A stretch of DNA of 51,882 bases, taken from NCBI GenBank assembly GCA_030699455.1, contig JAUYMN010000017.1, positions 1 to 51,882 of the forward strand. The letters are read 5' to 3'. Shown here in pieces: positions 45,959 to 51,882 of the stretch; positions within the stretch are counted from its first letter, which is position 1, and every line of letters begins with the position of its first letter. The position numbers and the translations under genes are program-made. This stretch comes from Nanobdellota archaeon (GTDB lineage: Archaea; Nanobdellota; Nanobdellia; SCGC-AAA011-G17; UBA489). The notes below the pieces were generated by a model that did no database searches, was not told the DNA's origin, and was given only the letters and a program-made list of their open reading frames with translations.

Positions 45959-46009
45959 GTTTTTGGAGGATAGGTTAATTTAATATACTACTGCTTCTTT
46001 GATTCTTCC

Positions 46010-47920
46010 ATGAAGAAGCTAGTTATTATTATCGCATTTTTATTGATTTTGTCTATTTTGCCTGCTTTTGGCAGACTTCAGGCTCCCAAACAACTGCCCA
46101 GCAATATGGCATTTAATTCTGTCGATATGTGCTCTGATACTGATGGAGGGATTAATCCTTATGTTTATGGAGAATGCACAAAAGATGGCTCGAAATTAGT
46201 TGACAGTTGTGTTACTCCCTCAAGTGGCGCGGTTGATTCATATATAGTTAATGAGCAATACTGCGGGATTACCTGCAAGACGACTGCCATGGTTTGTGAT
46301 TCTGGTTATTGGTGTGAAAATGGAGCGTGCAAGACAGTTTATGATGTTCCAACATTACATGGTATAACTTCTCCTCTTGGAGAAAATCCTGTTTTACATG
46401 TTGGGGATATGCTTCCATTATTTTTCAATTGGTCTGATCCATCTGGAGGACATATGCCTGCCTTTAGTGAGGGGTGCAAGAGTGATGATCCTGGCGGGAT
46501 GGGAAATATTTGCAATGATCCTAATCAGCTAGACCTTGGAGAAAATACATGGTGCAATAGTGGTGTTCTTGCATATCCTAATGAGCCGTCCATCTGTTAT
46601 TTCCGTGTTGGATTTGAAGATATTGGGGAGCATACATTATATGGTTATACTTGCAATACTTACGGTTGTAGCGAGAATTTTGTAGATTTTAACTTTACTG
46701 TAGAGGGTAAGGAGATCATATACATAAGCTATTATGACAAGACAAAAGAAAATCTTAAGATGGCCAAAATTAACAATGTAGATTCTGTCAGCATTGAAAC
46801 TATTGATTCTAATTTTGGTGTTGGTGCATTTAATTCTATTATTCTGGACAGCAATGGAAACCCACATGTTTCATATTTTGATTCTGGAAAAACAGTAAAG
46901 TATGCCAAATATGTAAGAACTGGCGGAAATTGTGACACTGATGGCGAATGGGACTGCGAGACAATAGATGGAAGCATTGGCCCATATGCAAATACTCAAT
47001 TTGATGTGGGAGAATATACTACAATACTTTTGGATGGCAATGAACTGCCACAAATAATAGTCAATAATGATAAGCAGGATGGGCCATTTTTGGAGTATTG
47101 GAAACGGTTAGGGGCTGTAGGATATAGTTGTGATGAGTGGAGCTGTGAATGGATTACACAGTTTATTACTGCAGATAATTCTGCCGGAAGCATGATTAAT
47201 TCTTTAAGTGATGAATTTCCGATGGTTGTTTATATTAGTGACAATCCTGATAAGAATCGAATTGGACTTGCCCAACGGTGGCCTGGTTCTCCAAGTACAA
47301 CCTGCAATAATAGCCCGTCTTGGGATTGTTTAAGCATAATAAAACTAAATAATGGTGGCGGTTTTGGAGGAATCAATATGATTAAAGATAGTCTTAAAGT
47401 TGCTGTTTTTGAACAAGACAGAAAAAATATATGGTATATGGAAGAGGTTGGATATGGTGGAAAATGCGGTCCAACTAATGTTGATTGGAACTGTGATGTA
47501 ATTGATACAGGTATTGATAATAGTTACGATGGGAATGCAGAAATCTTCAGAATAGGCATTGCCCATTCTGCTGGAAGAACCTACCTAACATATTATGATG
47601 GAACTACAGGTCATTTGAAAGTTGCGTATAATAGCGGACTTGGAAATTGCGGACCAGATAATAGCTGGCAGTGTGATAAACTAGATTATGTTGGGGATGT
47701 TAACAGCCTACATGCTGATGATTTTGGTTCTTCAATTGCATATTCTGAAATTTCAGACAGATTTTATGTTGCATACAAAGATGCTGTTAAGGGCAATTTA
47801 AAATTAGCTTATAATGTAAGAGATGGAGGAAATTGCGGTCAGGGAAAATGGGAATGCATGACAATAGATAACGACGGTGATGTTGGTGGGTATCCTGATA
47901 TTGTTACATGGAATAATTAA
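46010..47920 (+). CDS. secreted Cys-rich repeat protein, probable beta-propeller
   Basis: Signal peptide; CSDTDGG module; repeated (Y/H)xxY(Y/F/K)D..(L/V)KxA and GxC..WxC..(I/L)D units. Confidence 0.82.
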   Translation: MKKLVIIIAFLLILSILPAFGRLQAPKQLPSNMAFNSVDMCSDTDGGINPYVYGECTKDGSKLVDSCVTPSSGAVDSYIVNEQYCGITCKTTAMVCDSGYWCENGACKTVYDVPTLHGITSPLGENPVLHVGDMLPLFFNWSDPSGGHMPAFSEGCKSDDPGGMGNICNDPNQLDLGENTWCNSGVLAYPNEPSICYFRVGFEDIGEHTLYGYTCNTYGCSENFVDFNFTVEGKEIIYISYYDKTKENLKMAKINNVDSVSIETIDSNFGVGAFNSIILDSNGNPHVSYFDSGKTVKYAKYVRTGGNCDTDGEWDCETIDGSIGPYANTQFDVGEYTTILLDGNELPQIIVNNDKQDGPFLEYWKRLGAVGYSCDEWSCEWITQFITADNSAGSMINSLSDEFPMVVYISDNPDKNRIGLAQRWPGSPSTTCNNSPSWDCLSIIKLNNGGGFGGINMIKDSLKVAVFEQDRKNIWYMEEVGYGGKCGPTNVDWNCDVIDTGIDNSYDGNAEIFRIGIAHSAGRTYLTYYDGTTGHLKVAYNSGLGNCGPDNSWQCDKLDYVGDVNSLHADDFGSSIAYSEISDRFYVAYKDAVKGNLKLAYNVRDGGNCGQGKWECMTIDNDGDVGGYPDIVTWNN

Positions 47921-48225
47921 TTAATATCCAATCCTTCGAGGCCATAAGAGATTACTGAACCTGCGCCTACTACTGATGCAATCTCGATTGCCTTTGCTAT
48001 TTCTTCTTGAGAAGCTCCAAACGATTTTGCTTTTTCAGCATGACTTTCGATACAATAACTGCATTTAATTGCTGCAGATGCTGTCAGTGCCATTAGCTCC
48101 ATTGTTTTTTTATCAAAAGGTGAAGATTCATCAAAAACTGCATTATGCCATTCCTGATATTTTTCACCAACGTTTCCAGAGAGCTTCTTAAAAACACCTG
48201 CTTTTTTCATATGATCTATATGCAT
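47917..48225 (-). CDS. carboxymuconolactone decarboxylase/AhpD-like protein
   Basis: FDKKTMELMAL..IKCSYCIESHAEKAKSFGASQEEI. Confidence 0.88.
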   Translation of the reverse strand: MHIDHMKKAGVFKKLSGNVGEKYQEWHNAVFDESSPFDKKTMELMALTASAAIKCSYCIESHAEKAKSFGASQEEIAKAIEIASVVGAGSVISYGLEGLDIN

Positions 48226-48328
48226 AGTGTGTTAATCTTATTAAAACTTAAAAAGTTTTCTAATCTTTTGAATCATAGAATGGAAAAAATTTTAAACAAT
48301 AGAATTGCTTTAGACAATGAATCAATGG

Positions 48329-48401
48329 GGTACCGTGTCCAAGTGGTTAAGGAGATCGCCTGCAGAGCGATTATTCGCAGGTTCGAATCCTGCCGGTACC
48401 T
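48329..48401 (+). tRNA. tRNA-Cys(GCA), CCA not encoded
   Basis: Acceptor GGTACCG/CGGTACC with U73, ATCGC-CTGCAGA-GCGAT, GCAGG-TTCGAAT-CCTGC. Confidence 0.95.
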
Positions 48402-48459
48402 TCGATATCTTTAAATACCAGAAATATCTTCACGTTTAATCGGAATAGAGGTGTTTAGT

Positions 48460-49158
48460 ATGATAAAAGAGAAAAGTTCGAGAACGTTAGTTCTTCCGGT
48501 TGTACTTGTATTGGCTGCAGCGATGATTGCTACGTCCTTAGGCGGTGGTTTGACTGGGAAGCAAATTTCTTCAGTTCAGCCGTCATACGATTCAAAGGAT
48601 AGTATTAATTTTGGAGCATCACGAGTTATTAGTATTGATGAAGGCTTTGTTGCTCCAGATGTTGCTACTGGTCTTGCCATATGGAGACTAAAATCCATAG
48701 ACTGGGCAACCCGCACTGTTGAGTTTACTAATGGTCCAAATACGAAGACTGCCAGTTTTAGTCCATATGCGGAAGATTTCTTTGGATATGAAGGAGAGTT
48801 TGTTGTTGGAGGACATGCTATTGATTTTAGGGTTAGCCCTAATAATTACGTGTTCCTTAACAGCAATGTTAACAGGGACTATAAAGTCGGAGTAGGTGAA
48901 ACATTGGTTTTTTCGGATGTAAATGTCTGCCTGAATTATCCATGTACTGGTGATGTTAAATATGCTCCAGAAGTGATGCTATTAAATAGTGTGACAAGCA
49001 CCCAAATTAACTTAACAAGACTTTATGGCGGTGGAACTTATAATTATGCAGTAAACAGTGGAAAAGCAGATATCGTCTTGAATGGCATTAGTCATAATGT
49101 AGATGTAAGCAATGGGATGATTGAATTATACCGGTCTTGGTGGGCTGAAGTGGTTTGA
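48460..49158 (+). CDS. secreted/surface protein
   Basis: GAGGTG SD; leader TLVLPVVLVLAAAMIATSLGGGLTGKQI; beta-rich body. Confidence 0.8.
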   Translation: MIKEKSSRTLVLPVVLVLAAAMIATSLGGGLTGKQISSVQPSYDSKDSINFGASRVISIDEGFVAPDVATGLAIWRLKSIDWATRTVEFTNGPNTKTASFSPYAEDFFGYEGEFVVGGHAIDFRVSPNNYVFLNSNVNRDYKVGVGETLVFSDVNVCLNYPCTGDVKYAPEVMLLNSVTSTQINLTRLYGGGTYNYAVNSGKADIVLNGISHNVDVSNGMIELYRSWWAEVV

Positions 49159-49535
49159 ACTGCTTTATTGAGCAGTTCTTTATTTTATATGGATTACCGC
49201 CACAACAACCATGTTTCTATCATTCCTATTGGAAAAAGCATCATCAGATTTTAGCAAAAGAGAAAATCAAATGCCGAATGCTTTATCATCCTGATGTAAC
49301 TGATAAAAATTTAAAGAACAGAAACAGTTACAAATATTGTGAAGCCAGACTGATGCCTTTCAATATCGAATCTCCCTCTTGGGTAATGATCTATAAAGCT
49401 GTTGTCTTAATTGCAATCCCTCAGGGTGAAATGCCTTTTGCGTCTGAAATAACAAGTCAGCAAGTAGCAGATTCTTTCAGAAATTATTTTGAATGGTTCT
49501 GGAAACAAAGCAGACCATTTAGAAATAACCTATAA
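49155..49535 (+). pseudogene. TrmB C-terminal domain fragment lacking the HTH
   Basis: EARLMP..SPSWVMIY..EITSQQVADSFRNYFEWFWKQS parallels the C-termini of the intact TrmBs here; only a TTG overlapping the previous stop. Confidence 0.7.
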
Positions 49536-49661
49536 ACTACCAATAGCTTCCAATAGCTTTTTATGTCCTTTTACAAGATCATTAAATCTATTTATTTCTT
49601 CAACAACAATCTTGTTCCTTTGTTTCTCATTCAAATCTTTTGAATGGTTTGATTTTTCCAT
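49530..49661 (-). CDS. 43-aa protein overlapping the Fic gene, putative antitoxin
   Basis: MEKSNHSKDLNEKQRNKIVVEEINRFNDLVKGHKKLLEAIGSL; 35-nt overlap with the Fic 3' end. Confidence 0.55.
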   Translation of the reverse strand: MEKSNHSKDLNEKQRNKIVVEEINRFNDLVKGHKKLLEAIGSL

Positions 49662-50034
49662 GTTTAATCCACTCTTTAATTTCTTCATCCATATAATACT
49701 TTTCACGTATTCCAAGCATTACTTTAGCTTGTTTAGGATCGTCTTCTATATTAAACTTTCCCCCATTTTGATTCAAAAATTCCTTTGTAACAATGAATGC
49801 TGTTCTTCTGTTTCCGCTGGCAAATGGATGCAGTTGAATAATCCCTTTAAGCAAACAAACTGCTTTATCATATAAATCTCCTTCTAAGATCTCACATTCT
49901 TTAATAATATGATCCAATCTACCAGAGCTAAGTACTTTTGGTCTATCCGCCTTCTTTACTTTAATAATGGTCAAAGCTAGAACATTGTATTCAATTATTC
50001 TATCAGCAGTAGGATATTTCAACCTCTTTTCCAT
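49627..50034 (-). CDS. Fic/Doc family protein
   Basis: KAVCLLKGIIQLHPFASGNRRTAF; ATG at 50034 preferred. Confidence 0.9.
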   Translation of the reverse strand: MEKRLKYPTADRIIEYNVLALTIIKVKKADRPKVLSSGRLDHIIKECEILEGDLYDKAVCLLKGIIQLHPFASGNRRTAFIVTKEFLNQNGGKFNIEDDPKQAKVMLGIREKYYMDEEIKEWIKHGKIKPFKRFE

Positions 50035-50243
50035 TTGTGAAATAAATAACTTCAAACTTATAAATCTAACTAAATGAAAATGGTCCCCCCTTGATTGTGT
50101 AACTAAAACTAACGGAACTCCCCTTTCTCAAAACTAAAACTGTAAGTGTAAGACGGCGCCAGTCTCTCTGCACGGTCACAAAAAAGCACAGAGAGGGTGG
50201 AAATCTAAAAAATTATAAAAATAGTAAAAAATAAGCCTAAGGC

Positions 50244-51882
50244 TTATTTTCTTTTTTTGTTCATAACGACTGAATGATCTGGTTCAAAGTCTGCAAGCTT
50301 TTTGTCTGCTACTTTTTTATTTCTCTTTTTGCCAGAGCTAAAAATCAGCCTGATAAGGAATATTGCTATGATAACCAACACTACATTTGCAACTATCAAC
50401 AATATCTTTGATTCCCCACCAAAGTTTAGTCCGCTGAACAATGGTGTGCCTGCATCAGACTTGCCAACAACATTTACTGTGAAAGTTTCTGTTTCTAATA
50501 TGTTGTTAGATTTTGCATCTTTCAGCACAACAGTTGCTGTGTACATTCCTTCCTCCGCATCATCATTTACCTTAAAGTTCAGGAACACCGTTGATGTCTG
50601 TCCTGGGTTTAGGTGTATTGTGCTGCTTGAACCAGAAGTACCAAAATCGGCGATGTTTTCAAGGCTGATAGTGTAGTCAACAGGAGCAGTTCCTTTGTTG
50701 TTAAGCTGAACCTTTACACTTGACTGCTTGTTTTTTTGCGCACTTACCTCTGATTGATCAAGTGTTATTGAATTTACAAAAGTCTGTGGAAGTTCATTGT
50801 CTTCTTCCTCTGAATCTGACATTGCATCACAAATGTTGTCTATCTGCACAACTGTACTGTCAGACTGTTTTGCATTATCATAAAAAGTTGAGACTAAAAG
50901 AGCATATTTTCCTTCTTCAAGACTGCTTGGATTAACATTGACTATAAATGTTTCCGAACTGCTGTCATCTTCATCGATCTGAAGGTTGGTCAATTTTTCA
51001 TTAACTCCTAAAGTAAGGCTCTGTATTTGTACTGCTACCTGGTCTTCGTCCTTTGTTCCGAGATTAATCATATCAACTACTACCTGGAATTCTGAATCAT
51101 CACAGGTTAAAGCTGTAGGATTTAATGCAACTGCATCTATTACAATATCGTGAGTCTGCCTGTCTATGGATATATCAATAGTGAGGCTTTCTCCGTGCTG
51201 TGCTCCGTTTTGGTCAACGCCTTCAAGTGTTACCACACAAGTAGCTGTATCTTCCTGAGCATCATTTTCAACATCAAAGTTAATTATATCTTCGTCATTG
51301 TCTCCTGGACCTATGTCTCCAAAATCTATGTTGTCATCTTCAAAGTCCAAGTCGTCATCATTTTCACAAAGGATATTTACTTCAACATCTTCTACGTCAA
51401 TATCTGCTTTTGTCTCATAAGAACTTTCTACTTTGATTGTTAATTCTACAGAATCGCCTGGTCTTAAATCCTTAATTTCATCCCCATCCTCAAGATTGTT
51501 TTCTGTATCTTTATCATTAATCAATGCGTCAAGATCTTCTATTAATAATTTATTTTCTCTTTGCATATATACTGTGAATTGTGCCACCTCACCGGTAGGG
51601 TTCGCATCAGAGTTCCCTTTGATTTTCAGAGTTCCAACTGGGAAAGCAACTTCCTCAAATTCAGAATTAACTGCATTCAAATCTTCCGGAATTTTTGCTT
51701 TAATAGTGATGGTTCCAGATACATTTGCATCTATTTGAGATTGCGCTGTTATTTCAAAATCATCCTTATCCAAGTTAAATCCATTAGGTATGAAATCATC
51801 TATTGTAAAAAGAGTGATGTCTATGCTTGCATCCCCTAAAGTGATTGTGCCCTCGGCAAACTGTTCTTTTCTACTATCAGTA
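50244..51882 (-). CDS. large acidic S-layer-like/Ig-repeat surface protein, 5' end outside the window
   Basis: Frame stays open from the track's TTG (51773) to the window edge; CARDB-like Ig repeats (NLGTKDED, LNPGQTSTV), C-terminal TM and basic tail. Confidence 0.85.
   Translation of the reverse strand, partial: TDSRKEQFAEGTITLGDASIDITLFTIDDFIPNGFNLDKDDFEITAQSQIDANVSGTITIKAKIPEDLNAVNSEFEEVAFPVGTLKIKGNSDANPTGEVAQFTVYMQRENKLLIEDLDALINDKDTENNLEDGDEIKDLRPGDSVELTIKVESSYETKADIDVEDVEVNILCENDDDLDFEDDNIDFGDIGPGDNDEDIINFDVENDAQEDTATCVVTLEGVDQNGAQHGESLTIDISIDRQTHDIVIDAVALNPTALTCDDSEFQVVVDMINLGTKDEDQVAVQIQSLTLGVNEKLTNLQIDEDDSSSETFIVNVNPSSLEEGKYALLVSTFYDNAKQSDSTVVQIDNICDAMSDSEEEDNELPQTFVNSITLDQSEVSAQKNKQSSVKVQLNNKGTAPVDYTISLENIADFGTSGSSSTIHLNPGQTSTVFLNFKVNDDAEEGMYTATVVLKDAKSNNILETETFTVNVVGKSDAGTPLFSGLNFGGESKILLIVANVVLVIIAIFLIRLIFSSGKKRNKKVADKKLADFEPDHSVVMNKKRK

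Noticed and set aside
45793-45978. 61-aa ORF
   Set aside because: Reads through the intron-containing tRNA-Arg; spurious.
48145-48414. 89-aa ORF
   Set aside because: Overlaps the CMD gene antisense and tRNA-Cys.
2278-51839. Numerous 60-160 aa antisense or nested ORFs in the track
   Set aside because: They lie opposite or inside well-supported genes and have the F/S/L/I-rich composition of reverse-complemented K/E-rich coding DNA.

Overview
Chromosomal window from an AT-rich, small-genome archaeon, most consistent with DPANN (Woesearchaeota/Pacearchaeota-like). This rests on GatD/GatE, archaeal FtsZ, ATP-dependent ligase, TrmB/Lrp regulators, class III signal-peptide pilins, a BHB-intron tRNA and TATA boxes just upstream of ATGs. 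It holds many tRNA-charging genes (asnS, bacterial-type aspS, gatE, gatD, argS, alaS, chimeric leuS), ftsZ, lig, a type IV pilus/Tad-like locus with a KaiC-like ATPase, three tRNAs (Arg-TCG, intron-containing Arg-TCT, Cys-GCA), several surface proteins and a Fic toxin pair. The standout is a compact diversity-generating retroelement (42669-44808, minus strand): target gene, structured RNA leader, 87-nt template repeat, then reverse transcriptase. All 9 TR/VR mismatches fall at TR adenines, there is no avd gene, and the VR is internal, followed by a GAA-loop hairpin inside coding sequence. A second unexplained element is three hairpins with unrelated stems but the same GGCTAA loop, between gatD and ftsZ. 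All family calls come from motif recognition by eye; no database searches were run.
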